Assembly: GCA_050294405.1 (NCBI GenBank)
Contig: JBNKOC010000012.1
Location: forward strand, 608,001 to 672,000
Direction: 5' to 3'
DNA: 64,000 nt
Source: Fibrobacteria bacterium
GTDB lineage: Bacteria > Fibrobacterota > Fibrobacteria > UBA11236 > JADFYW01
Part shown: piece after piece, positions 11,556-21,041 of the stretch
Layout of the letters: the number at the start of each line of letters is the position of its first letter
Position numbering within the stretch: the stretch's first letter is position 1
The notes under the pieces: generated by a model
Told to the model about the DNA's origin: nothing
The model's database searches: none
What the model saw: only the letters and a program-made list of their open reading frames with translations
Translations under genes and position numbers: made by a program

Positions 11556-12020
11556 TTATAAAATTTCGTAAACAGATGTTATAATTTCACTTTTGACTTT
11601 TCCTCCAATTCCGACGAACAATTTATTATTCACCCAGGAATATCTGGAGTCTCCAGTTTCAAAGCTAGTATGGGTGCGCATGTAATATTCGGATGGATCC
11701 ACTTCCAAGCCTTGTGACATTTTAGAGATAACTTCCGGTGAGCCATGCCTGTATCCGGAATTCACTATTTCAATAAAGGCTCCATCGTCTGTTTCAAATG
11801 CATAACGGGTGTCTAACTCTGCGCTCCCATCGGCAAGAATGGTTTGCCAATCCGCACCTATGTTTAAGATTTTTCCATTTAGGCGTTCACCGCTTACTTT
11901 GCCTCCCTTAATGGGAATGATGCGACGTTTTCCTGCACGGCCTACACCTAATTCGAGAAAGGGGCTAAGCTCAACTTTCAAATCACAAAAATGTCTTAGT
12001 TCAGGTGGCTTAAAATACAT
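11556..12020 (-). CDS. DUF3237 family protein
   Basis: RRIIPIKGG, GADWQ, LDTRY..ETDDGA.I, YYMRT, RYSWVN pattern. Confidence 0.85.
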   Translation of the reverse strand: MYFKPPELRHFCDLKVELSPFLELGVGRAGKRRIIPIKGGKVSGERLNGKILNIGADWQTILADGSAELDTRYAFETDDGAFIEIVNSGYRHGSPEVISKMSQGLEVDPSEYYMRTHTSFETGDSRYSWVNNKLFVGIGGKVKSEIITSVYEIL

Positions 12021-12038
12021 TTCCTTCTCCTGGGAATT

Positions 12039-13307
12039 TTAGATCACAGCTGCTTGTGGAATGGTGGGCGGAAGCGCATTGAGCTCGTCAATGCTGAATC
12101 CGGCAATGGTTTTGTATTTTGCGGCGTGTGCGGCCAGTTTTTCAAGAGGGATAACATCTTCAACCTTATGGAATTTTCCTCCACAGAGATCCTCCACCAT
12201 CTGCATAACCGCATCGGGGCCACTACCTCTATTGGCTAAAACCAATTTGTTAGCCACAGGCAAAACCTCTGCTTGGTAGGCATTCAAAGCCTTAGGAGTA
12301 ACACCATCCTCCAGTAGGTGTTTTACCAATTTACGGGCGTCCACAATGGCCTGGCTCGCTCCATTGGAACCCACAGGATACATAGCATGAGCGGCATCGC
12401 CAATTAGTGTGACAGCTCCCTCCGTCCATTTTTCCACAGGATCTCTATCTACCATAGGAAATTCAAAAACTTTTTCCGCCCCGTCGATCAACTCGGGAAC
12501 ATTGAGCCAATCAAAATTCCAATCCTTAAACTTGGGCGCAAAATCATTAACATTGGCAATTCGATTATAATCTTCTTTCGCCCATCCTTTGGATGGATCC
12601 ACCTTTAATTCGGCTATCCAATTCATGGTAACTAAACCTGTTTTGGGATCTGGTTTAGAAATTGGGTAAGCGACTATTCGTTGAGAGGCGTGCCCTGCCA
12701 ACGCCATACTTGCTTCGGTACGGAAAGGTTTAGCCTTTGATGTGGCCCGCCACAATACGGCGCCTTGCCAAACTGGCGGGCCTTCCTCTGGAAAAAATTG
12801 TTTTCGTATTTCGGAATGTATGCCGTCAGCTCCCACTAAGATAGTTCCCTTTTCCGTTCTTTTTTCTTTACCGTCGCGAGATTCCAGATGTAAGCTAACG
12901 CCTTCTGGATGGTTTTGAAATCCTGTGGCGCGCCAACCGCTTTCAATACAGTCGGAACCGGCTCTTTCAATTAAAGTGCGATAAAGCATAACTTGAAGTT
13001 CACCGCGATGGATAGAATACTGGGGCCATTTGTATCCCGCTAATTTTCCGCGAGGCTCAACCCATATCTTTAAGCCGTACTTTGTAAAAAAACCATATTC
13101 TTGTGTTTCTACACCTATTTGTGATAATTTTTTCTCTAAACCTAAATCAAATAATTCGCGCACGGCATTGGGTTGTAAATTGATACCAACACCCAGAGCT
13201 GCGATTTTTGGAGATGCCTCAAATACCTTAAATGGCAATCCCACTTGGTGGCAGGTTAAAGCGCATGATAATCCAGCAATTCCTCCTCCGGCAATTAGTA
13301 CAGTCAT
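12039..13307 (-). CDS. FAD-dependent aromatic monooxygenase (class A flavoprotein)
   Basis: GGGIAGL, GADGIHS, LIGDAAHAMYPVGSNGASQAI motifs. Confidence 0.92.
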   Translation of the reverse strand: MTVLIAGGGIAGLSCALTCHQVGLPFKVFEASPKIAALGVGINLQPNAVRELFDLGLEKKLSQIGVETQEYGFFTKYGLKIWVEPRGKLAGYKWPQYSIHRGELQVMLYRTLIERAGSDCIESGWRATGFQNHPEGVSLHLESRDGKEKRTEKGTILVGADGIHSEIRKQFFPEEGPPVWQGAVLWRATSKAKPFRTEASMALAGHASQRIVAYPISKPDPKTGLVTMNWIAELKVDPSKGWAKEDYNRIANVNDFAPKFKDWNFDWLNVPELIDGAEKVFEFPMVDRDPVEKWTEGAVTLIGDAAHAMYPVGSNGASQAIVDARKLVKHLLEDGVTPKALNAYQAEVLPVANKLVLANRGSGPDAVMQMVEDLCGGKFHKVEDVIPLEKLAAHAAKYKTIAGFSIDELNALPPTIPQAAVI

Positions 13308-13965
13308 ACAATCCTCTTCTATTGTAGATGTTTAAAAATGAGATTTTTTACTTATGAACTGCACAAGGTAAATAACATTGTCCTTGTTAGCTCGTCAGGG
13401 CCTAGGCTAACTATTACGGAATAGCCCAGTGTTATTGTTCCAAAATCCTCAATTCGTCGAAGTAAATTTCAACCATTCCCGGTGGTTTAATCCATTCGAT
13501 GAGTTAAATAATGTACTTATTTAGCTAAAGATTGTCGGTAATTATTTCAGCCAAATTTAAAAATTAGCTTTTATGAAAATCAGGAATATATTTTCAATTT
13601 TAAATATGAACGCTTTTGGCTGTCTGATTGCTGGCAGGACCCTATTCATTTTCTTGCTTCTGTTTTTTATTTCTGGGAGTTATGGCCAGAACCTTTATTC
13701 TTATCGAATTCCTCCTTCTCAATTATTTACCTATGCCGTGGATTCCAATTTGGTTTAGCCATGGAGCTTATTTCTTTAGCCTTCCTAGTGGAAAAGGCGT
13801 GCAAATTGATGGACGAGGAAAAAAGAGGTAAAGTAAGCTTGAAAACTAGAGCGGCACATAGGTTTGTCTTGTTATTTTGCCTTGCCGAAGGAGAGTAATA
13901 TTGTTGATTCGAGGAAGTTGTACTATTTCAAAATTTGAAAATGGACAGAAAGTCTTCCACATAAA

Positions 13966-13997
13966 ATCCCAACACAAGCCAATAAACCGGTGTTGGG
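13966..13997 (-). terminator. Putative terminator hairpin downstream of the SRPBCC gene
   Basis: Inverted repeat CCCAACAC...GTGTTGGG with an A-run on its left on the + strand (U-tail on the - strand). Confidence 0.45.
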
Positions 13998-14029
13998 TGT
14001 TGCAAGTTTATGTAGATATGCGACAAAAA

Positions 14030-14524
14030 TTAATCAGCCAGATCTCTTAGATACTCTAATCCAGCAACATAAACTCCAGACATTATTTCAGCTGCTTCTT
14101 CATCGCTCACTCCAACTGCATCAAAGCTAGAAGACCAAATGACTTTGGCTTTTCCTCTCCGTCCATATTCTTTAACTTGAATTTGGCTAACATAATTTGC
14201 GATGGGTAAGGGGGAATCGATGATTTTATAAGAATAAGTCATAGAATCATTGTCATAATTTTCTAATACTTCTATTACAGTGGAGTTGTCCCCAAGAGTA
14301 AGTATTCTGATATCTCCTTTATCCAACCCTGTTCCGGTCGATTCACTTGATATTGCAGCGGGGTGCCATCTGTCAAGAGACTGAAAACCTCCTACAATCG
14401 CCCATGCTGCAGCAGGAGTCATTCGAATCCTTATTTCTTCTTGCACATTTACTTCTCCCCCGTATGAAGTAACAAAAGCTCCTGTTATAAAAATAGCTAG
14501 AAGTATGTATTTTATGTTTTCCAT
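14030..14524 (-). CDS. Secreted SRPBCC/START (polyketide cyclase, MxaD-like) protein
   Basis: Signal peptide; AW..VGGF..L..WHP, YSY.I..SPLP..NY pattern. Confidence 0.82.
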   Translation of the reverse strand: MENIKYILLAIFITGAFVTSYGGEVNVQEEIRIRMTPAAAWAIVGGFQSLDRWHPAAISSESTGTGLDKGDIRILTLGDNSTVIEVLENYDNDSMTYSYKIIDSPLPIANYVSQIQVKEYGRRGKAKVIWSSSFDAVGVSDEEAAEIMSGVYVAGLEYLRDLAD

Positions 14525-14839
14525 AATATCCCCCTAAATTTATGTTAATGTGAGATTTTAGTTTTGATTGAGTTACCCAAGTTGGGACTGTAAAAGATAG
14601 TTCGCTGTTTTCCCATTTGTTTCTTTATGGGGTGAAATGCATTATGCTGTGATGAAATACACTAGATTAGTGGTTTTGATATGTTATTAACAAAATATGC
14701 AATTAATACTACACCCTCTAATATGGTATTCTATTTGCCCTAGGAGTTCGCCTAAAAAATAAAAATGGGTTTAACGAGTTTGATTCTTTATTTTGAAATA
14801 AATGAGAATTTTCCATGGTTAATTTGGGATAATACTGTT

Positions 14840-15214
14840 ATGAGACAAAATAAAGAAACAATAGCCAATTGGTTTATCAGGGGACAGGGAATTGAAATTG
14901 GCGCACTTTTGCATCCCATGAAAATTCCAGAAGGCGCTTCTGTTAAATATGTGGATAGGTTATCAAAAGAGGAATTGAGATTACAATACCCTACTTTGGG
15001 AAACTATGATTTTGTTATCGCTTGCCAGTATTTGGAACATACCAAAAATCCGATTCGCTCGATTGTAAATATGTTAAGAGTCATTAAAAACGGCGGGATA
15101 ATATATTTGTCAATTCCCGATAAAGAGGAAACCTTTGATAAAAATAGACATGTAACAACCAATGAACATTTGCTCGACGAAATTCAAAATGGCACATGTG
15201 ACCAGCTGTTGTAA
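14840..15214 (+). pseudogene. Class I SAM methyltransferase, apparently internally deleted and truncated
   Basis: GIEIGAL, KYVDR, DFVIA..YLEH..NP motifs, but the stretch I expect between YPxL and DFVIA seems absent and the ORF ends early. Confidence 0.6.
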
Positions 15215-15337
15215 TAGGGCATTCCTCTGCAAAAACTGGCGATTTTGGCTCGGCAGGCCATAGCCTTGACTGGCAAGGCTATGAAAGGGGTTGGCAAGGC
15301 TGTGGAGTGGCCGGAAAAGGGACTGGGCATGCGAGAA

Positions 15338-15814
15338 CTAAACTAAAGCAGCTTCCAGTTTGAGCAACTTCTTTTTAATAGAAAGCCCACCGGAATACCC
15401 TCCAAGGGTTCCGTCGCTTGCTGTGACTCTATGGCAGGGAATAATCAAACAAAGTGGGTTTTTACCATTTGCTGTACCCACCGCCCGACTGGCAAAAGGT
15501 TTTTTAATGGCAACAGAGATATCTTTATAGGATATTGTTTCTCCGTACGGAATTTTTAGAAGAGCTTTCCAAACAGTTTTTTGAAAGCCTGTCCCTTTTA
15601 TATCGAGAGGAATATCAAAACGCTCTCTTGCTCCGTCCAGGTATTCCGTTATTTGCTTTTTTCCAAGAAGTAAATACTTGTAGGCGGGGCTGTTACTTTT
15701 TTTAAAGGATTCAAACTCTTGTTTTTTCCAAAACACACCCTGCAATCCAAGATTTGATGAAACCAGATACAATGAACCAATGTTGGTTTTAATTTCCATT
15801 TGCATCAAACTCAT
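15338..15814 (-). CDS. ogt: Methylated-DNA--protein-cysteine methyltransferase
   Basis: GT.FQ..VW..L..IPYGET.SY, RAVG.ANG.NP, IIPCHRV active site. Confidence 0.95.
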   Translation of the reverse strand: MSLMQMEIKTNIGSLYLVSSNLGLQGVFWKKQEFESFKKSNSPAYKYLLLGKKQITEYLDGARERFDIPLDIKGTGFQKTVWKALLKIPYGETISYKDISVAIKKPFASRAVGTANGKNPLCLIIPCHRVTASDGTLGGYSGGLSIKKKLLKLEAALV

Positions 15815-17256
15815 GCTTCCTCCGGTTTCGTCCTTTTTTTCTTATGTAAAGAATCTCCATAATATCTCCAAAAAAGTGCCGCAACGTACCCCCTCCAAGG
15901 ACTCATCAATTTTATTTTCTCACTATCGTGTCGTTCAAGGGCTCGAGACAATATTAAATCTGTAGCTGGGAAAGAGTCCGTATTTCTTAAAGCTTTCAGT
16001 GCGATGTAATGTGCAGTCCAGGGGCCAATGCCTTTAATTCGCAACAAATTTTCTATGAACAACTCAACATTTTGGGTTTCTTCAAGCGATATTTCTTTAG
16101 AGGCTATAGCTTTAGCAAAGGCAACCAGGGTTTCTTTCCTTTGAATTGTTGTTTTAAGGCGGCTTAAATCGGCATTGATAATATCACTTGGTGTTGGAAA
16201 TAATTTGATTTCCTTCTCCTCATATTTCTGTCTTTTTCCTGCAATATTAATTAACCCATCCACTAAACTTCTGCCTCTCTCGATACTAACTAACTGTCCC
16301 AGAATGGCGGAGGTGGCAACCTCGAAAGGATTCCAACCAGAGGGCAGGCGGATGCCGGGATATTCCTTTAGTATTTTTTTTACCTTACTGTCCTTTTCTA
16401 AAGAATTGGCAATTACCACCGGATCCGAATCGATATCAAATAACCTTCTTACTTTGGATACAATTGAATAAATTTTTGTTGTATCCGGGAAATCAATTTC
16501 CACAAGCAAACAAGAATTTTTTGGATCATTAGAAATTACCACTTTCCCAATGTCTGTACCATAGGAGATAACCCTTAGCATTTTATTGTCTTCAAACCAT
16601 TCCAAATCACCGACCTTGTGATTCCTATAGACTTTCAAGAGCCCTTCGAAGTCATAAGGGGGACGGTAAGATAAGGAAATTTCAATTCCTTTTGATGTTG
16701 GTTTCTTTTTTTCTCTAATTTCTCTGGGCGTCTTTTTAAACCTCTGCTTAAAGGCATCGTTAAACCGGCGTATGGATTTAAAACCCGAAGCAAAAGCAGT
16801 TTGCGTTATAGGAAGGCCTGTTTCTACAATTAGTTGTCTTGCTAAATTAAGGCGGTTTACGAAGGCGATGTGTTTTGGGGTTGTCCCGATTTCCTTAATA
16901 AACAAACGTCTTAAATGACGTGAAGATACCCCAAACAACCTGGCGAAATCATCCTCATTAAATTCAAACATATCTTTTGTATGCAATACTTTTAGAGCTC
17001 TAGCTACAAGTTCAGAACTTCCAACCCATATGGGTGAATTTGGAGCGCTTTCGGGCCTGCAGCGCATACATGGACGGTAGCCCGCCTTTTCCGCCTCAAG
17101 TCGATTTGAAAAAAAATCTACATTTTCCCGTTTAGGCTTGGCGGGACAAATGGGACGGCAGTATATTCCAGTTGTTTTAACTCCTATAAAAAACTTTCCA
17201 TCAAAGCGATGATCTCTTGCCAGCATTGCCTCGTAATACAGGTCTTCCTTTTTCAT
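15811..17256 (-). CDS. alkA: Ada (Zn-binding + AraC HTH)-AlkA DNA-3-methyladenine glycosylase fusion
   Basis: TTGIYCRPIC...RPCMRCRPE, GFKSIRRFN, HhH GIGPWTA and FPATD; 4-nt overlap with ogt. Confidence 0.93.
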   Translation of the reverse strand: MKKEDLYYEAMLARDHRFDGKFFIGVKTTGIYCRPICPAKPKRENVDFFSNRLEAEKAGYRPCMRCRPESAPNSPIWVGSSELVARALKVLHTKDMFEFNEDDFARLFGVSSRHLRRLFIKEIGTTPKHIAFVNRLNLARQLIVETGLPITQTAFASGFKSIRRFNDAFKQRFKKTPREIREKKKPTSKGIEISLSYRPPYDFEGLLKVYRNHKVGDLEWFEDNKMLRVISYGTDIGKVVISNDPKNSCLLVEIDFPDTTKIYSIVSKVRRLFDIDSDPVVIANSLEKDSKVKKILKEYPGIRLPSGWNPFEVATSAILGQLVSIERGRSLVDGLINIAGKRQKYEEKEIKLFPTPSDIINADLSRLKTTIQRKETLVAFAKAIASKEISLEETQNVELFIENLLRIKGIGPWTAHYIALKALRNTDSFPATDLILSRALERHDSEKIKLMSPWRGYVAALFWRYYGDSLHKKKRTKPEEA

Positions 17257-17369
17257 TATAAGAATGATACATTAAAACCACTGAAAAACTCGCCATTTTC
17301 GGACATTATCAAATATTAGATTTTATTTTCGACATTAGATTCCGGGCTTTAAAATAAATATTTCATACC

Positions 17370-18284
17370 CTAGTCTGTAAACCCCAGCAATAACAAGAAT
17401 TCAATATTCCAAATACCTTTGGTTAAATTTTTGCATTGGATTCCCCTATTGACAAACTCCTGTAAAGATATTTTCAGAATTGAATTCTGAAAATTTGTCA
17501 TTCCGTCTTTAAATTCTTTTATTTCTTGAACGGAAAGAAGGTCTTCTTCGGGAGAGATTGTAACATTGGCAAAATGTTTATATCCCTTTTTCTTTGCATA
17601 TGCATAAGTAAGTAAAAAATTACGATGTATTTGCTTATAGCCATTATTTTCCAATTCCAGAATATATTCTGGAGTTAAGAAATCGCCCTCTTTTATCAGT
17701 TTGTTTTTTGTTGCGGAGTCAGACGCAATATTTTGGCCTAAAAGGTCAGTATATTTTGTTTCAATACTTATTACTCCAGCATTTCCATCCATAGTTGAAA
17801 CAATAAACATGGCATCAAAGGCGGATTTGTCATTCGTGTAGTCTTCAATCGGGGTAGGAATAAATTCTACGTCGATTTCCAGTGTGTTTTGAATCCACTC
17901 TATTTCGCGGAATAGGAGCTTTACAATTCTTGAAGCTTCAGGGCTGTTTTTTGCAAGGAGGGCGCGTAAATCTGAGAACAAGTTAAAACACATGGGCATG
18001 CTACTCAGCATATTGTTAAACAAGCGAAATTCATCTATGGTCAGGCTTTTATTGGTTTTCTTTTGCTCGACCTTAAATTTGGCAAATTCAAAGGCTACTG
18101 GGGTGATAAAATTTGAGCCGGATACTTCGCCGCTTTGAAGCATGTTGCCGTATTGTTTTTTGCTGTTTTTTGTTGGACCATAGCAGCAGTTTTCACGGAG
18201 AATTTCAGCACGGTATTTAGATTGGTGCAGTCTGCATTTTGCAGTGAATTTATTATCGGATTTTGATTGTGGGCCCATGTCCAT
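17370..18284 (-). CDS. PD-(D/E)XK putative restriction endonuclease (PGN_0703-like); C-terminus possibly truncated
   Basis: NMLSSMPMCFNLF, D.SAFD, IETKY, YKQI.RN.L motifs. Confidence 0.65.
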   Translation of the reverse strand: MDMGPQSKSDNKFTAKCRLHQSKYRAEILRENCCYGPTKNSKKQYGNMLQSGEVSGSNFITPVAFEFAKFKVEQKKTNKSLTIDEFRLFNNMLSSMPMCFNLFSDLRALLAKNSPEASRIVKLLFREIEWIQNTLEIDVEFIPTPIEDYTNDKSAFDAMFIVSTMDGNAGVISIETKYTDLLGQNIASDSATKNKLIKEGDFLTPEYILELENNGYKQIHRNFLLTYAYAKKKGYKHFANVTISPEEDLLSVQEIKEFKDGMTNFQNSILKISLQEFVNRGIQCKNLTKGIWNIEFLLLLGFTD

Positions 18285-18539
18285 ATTATTACTAATTCAG
18301 AACCCCAGATTAAGGTTAAGGACCTGTGACCTGACCAAATTGATTGAACAACTAAATTTAAAGCTCCATTGACATAATTCAATATAAACTCCTATGTCGG
18401 AAGTACCCAAGTAAACGGGGGTGCCGGTAAAGTCTTTTTTAGCAAATAAAAATTGCCAAATCGACTTAAATTCGGTTTAAATCTTCTAAAAAGAGCAAAA
18501 CCTATATATTTTGGGTCAGTCAAGGCAAAAGGAAGCAAG

Positions 18540-18724
18540 GTGACTGACCGTTGGGTATCAATTCATGAAATTTGCCAATTTCTGGACATTAATGGCCGGG
18601 AAACTATTTGCAAGTGGATCAACCAGAACAATATGCCAGCTAAAAAATTGGGCGGCTATGGAAATTCAAAAAAGCTGATGTTGATAAAGGGATCCAGGCC
18701 GGAATGGGTAACGCAAAGAAATAA
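18540..18724 (+). pseudogene. Excisionase-like HTH DNA-binding protein, frameshifted
   Basis: GTG-TDRWVSIHEICQFL...KWI....MPAKK, then after the A6 run at 18642-18647 another frame gives IGRLWKFKKADVD to TAA 18724. Confidence 0.75.
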
Positions 18725-18780
18725 TCCCAGAGGAAAAGTATGGCAACACAATTTAATGTTTTCGACTTTCATAAGAATGT

Positions 18781-18947
18781 AATTGTGTAATGGATACAAA
18801 GTACAAAGCGCATAATACCGTAAGTTCAGCTGACTATAATCAGGCGGTTGCTTATGCAGATAGACTGGGATGTGTGGATGCGTTTTTGATATAGGTGGAG
18901 ATTTGGATGTAGCTGGTAGAAATATGATGAAAAAGCTTTTGGAATAA
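18781..18947 (+). pseudogene. C-terminal remnant of a McrC-family restriction nuclease
   Basis: CVMDTKYK...SSADYNQAVAYA..LGC..AFLI* then, in another frame, GGDLDVAG....KLLE*; both resemble McrC C-terminal motifs. Confidence 0.65.
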
Positions 18948-19103
18948 GCAACATGGGTCAATGTTGGTTCAAGGAGATAGAGTTTCTCATGAAACAGGTT
19001 TGCCTGGGGTAGCCCATCCCAAACTTTATTAATCAAAATTTGGGGCGATTCAATCGAATATAATTGTCTTTTTTGCCCAAAAACGTATATTTATTTTATC
19101 TAA

Positions 19104-19853
19104 ATGGCTAAAATTAAAAATTTATCTCGTGCGCCCATAGTCGAAGCTATTTTTGACATTAAAGCTCATTTGCCGCATAGTTTTGATGTAAATGAATTTG
19201 AAACTAAAAGTGAAAATCTGCAAGATGTTTTTACTAAAAGATCAGATATAATTGAATTTAGGGGAGGGATTGGAATCGGTGCTCAACCCCCGCCTACAAT
19301 CTCCACTCAATTTTCTGGCCAAAAGAAAATTGGCAAACGTTTTCAGAACGATGATAACTCTAGAGTCTTACAGTTTAAATTGGATGGGTTTACGTTTAGT
19401 ATGGTGAATCATTATACTAACTGGGAAGATTTTATAAATATATCAATGGATTGCTTGCAAACATACCTTCAAATTACAAATCCAACCGATATTACCCGCA
19501 TTGCCCTAAGGTACATAAACCACTTAATTCTAACATTACCTGTTGATTTAACTGAATATCTCACTACCCCACCAAGAACACCACTAGGTGGTCCTAACCG
19601 ACTAAAAGGGTTCATTACAAGGACTGTTTCAGAAGACGAAAAATTAGGTCATTTCGTAAATTTAATTGAAGCTATAGATGTTGGGCCATCAGCTGAAACA
19701 TTAAAGTACATTATTGATATTGATGTTTATAAGCAAATCGCAGGAAGTATTTCTATAGAAAATATGAAAAAACAATTTGAAATATTAAGGGAAACTAAGA
19801 ATAATATATTTTTTGGCTCAATAACTGAAAAAACGGCGGAATTATATTCATGA
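19104..19853 (+). CDS. TIGR04255-like protein
   Basis: L.RAPIVEAIFDI N-terminus, Y..WE.F, ITRIALRYIN, IIDIDVY, N.IFF..IT pattern. Confidence 0.82.
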   Translation: MAKIKNLSRAPIVEAIFDIKAHLPHSFDVNEFETKSENLQDVFTKRSDIIEFRGGIGIGAQPPPTISTQFSGQKKIGKRFQNDDNSRVLQFKLDGFTFSMVNHYTNWEDFINISMDCLQTYLQITNPTDITRIALRYINHLILTLPVDLTEYLTTPPRTPLGGPNRLKGFITRTVSEDEKLGHFVNLIEAIDVGPSAETLKYIIDIDVYKQIAGSISIENMKKQFEILRETKNNIFFGSITEKTAELYS

Positions 19854-20359
19854 GTTCAATAATAAATAGATCACCTACATCTTATGCATGGAATACTCAT
19901 CTCTCCCCATTAGATAGCAATTCTATTGTTAGTAATTCTGCTGCAAGCGATACATTGGTAACCGAAAGCGTTTCAAGGTTAGAAGCTAATACTCACATAG
20001 CAATGCACCGGCACGAACTTTTTGATGAACTAATGGATACCTATAACGATTGCGATGAAGATGGATGGGATGGCTATGGCGCTAAAGCTATGACTCCTGA
20101 GGCTTATTCCAATGCTTCATGCCTTATTCAATTACTTCCAAGCTCAATTGTACCACCTGAAATTGGACCTACCAACGATGGAAATGTTGCATTTGATTGG
20201 AGCAACGGGCCTAAAAAAAGTGTAACACTTGTGATCAATGGATTTGGAGACATTTATTATGCCCAGATTTTAGGCCGGAGAAGGAAATCGGGGTATGATT
20301 ATCTTGAAGGTGAGTTATCGGACGATCTAATCCGTTCAATTAATGAGATTTTCAAATGA
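19850..20359 (+). CDS. Hypothetical protein (WDGYGA / P.I.P..DG...FDW), candidate antitoxin
   Basis: Intact 169-aa ORF with ATGA overlaps to both neighbours. Confidence 0.75.
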   Translation: MSSIINRSPTSYAWNTHLSPLDSNSIVSNSAASDTLVTESVSRLEANTHIAMHRHELFDELMDTYNDCDEDGWDGYGAKAMTPEAYSNASCLIQLLPSSIVPPEIGPTNDGNVAFDWSNGPKKSVTLVINGFGDIYYAQILGRRRKSGYDYLEGELSDDLIRSINEIFK

Positions 20360-20772
20360 GCATTGATGACCAAATTGAATCTGTTAACCCAACTGATTCA
20401 ATCACAAGGTATGTTTTTTCTAACAGGCAATTAAGAAAGTCAGATCAGAGGCCTAAATCTTCTTTGTTTAAGCCCATGTTCAATAAATTCAAACAAAGAA
20501 AGGAAACCTCTGTTTTCCAAATTTGTAATCTCACTTCAAATGAAGTGTTCGAAATTGGCAAAAGAGTTGAAGAACAAAACTCTCGGACATTATTGGGAAG
20601 GGTGGATCTTAAAATATCTCAAATTTTAAGCTCACATCTAGATTTAGACCCAAATAATGAAGGTCTACCAAGACATGGTGATATTATTGGGTGGCACCCT
20701 GAGGATGAGTTGTTGCAAACTCAAGTACTTGCCGAACAAGCGACAGGTTTCATTCCTGTCGAAGGTGTGTAA
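20356..20772 (+). CDS. Hypothetical protein with ADP-ribosyltransferase-like R/S/H pattern, candidate toxin
   Basis: Intact 138-aa ORF; ITRYVF, ETSVF, RHGDIIGW. The ORF is well supported; the function is inferred. Confidence 0.65.
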   Translation: MSIDDQIESVNPTDSITRYVFSNRQLRKSDQRPKSSLFKPMFNKFKQRKETSVFQICNLTSNEVFEIGKRVEEQNSRTLLGRVDLKISQILSSHLDLDPNNEGLPRHGDIIGWHPEDELLQTQVLAEQATGFIPVEGV

Positions 20773-21041
20773 ATCCCGGGTTTGTCTAAAAATATTTCCC
20801 TGTGAGCGTTTTTTAAAACCGCAAAGCCTTATTCCCAACCATCCCTGGCATTAATCTGAAAAAACATTCATGGATAGATGCCTAATTCAATACTTAGTTA
20901 CATGTGATTTTTGAAGATTCAATGCCAGGGTGGTTGGTGCCAAAAAAGGATTTAGACCCAATAAATCTATGTACCAAGAGAAAAGGCCAATAATTCCCAG
21001 GGCTCTGCCCGATAAAAACACCGGGCCATGTTGTGAACCCG

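Noticed and set aside
18656..19036. 126-aa - strand ORF
   Set aside because: No recognisable motif; it is antisense to the HTH and McrC remnants that explain the region better.
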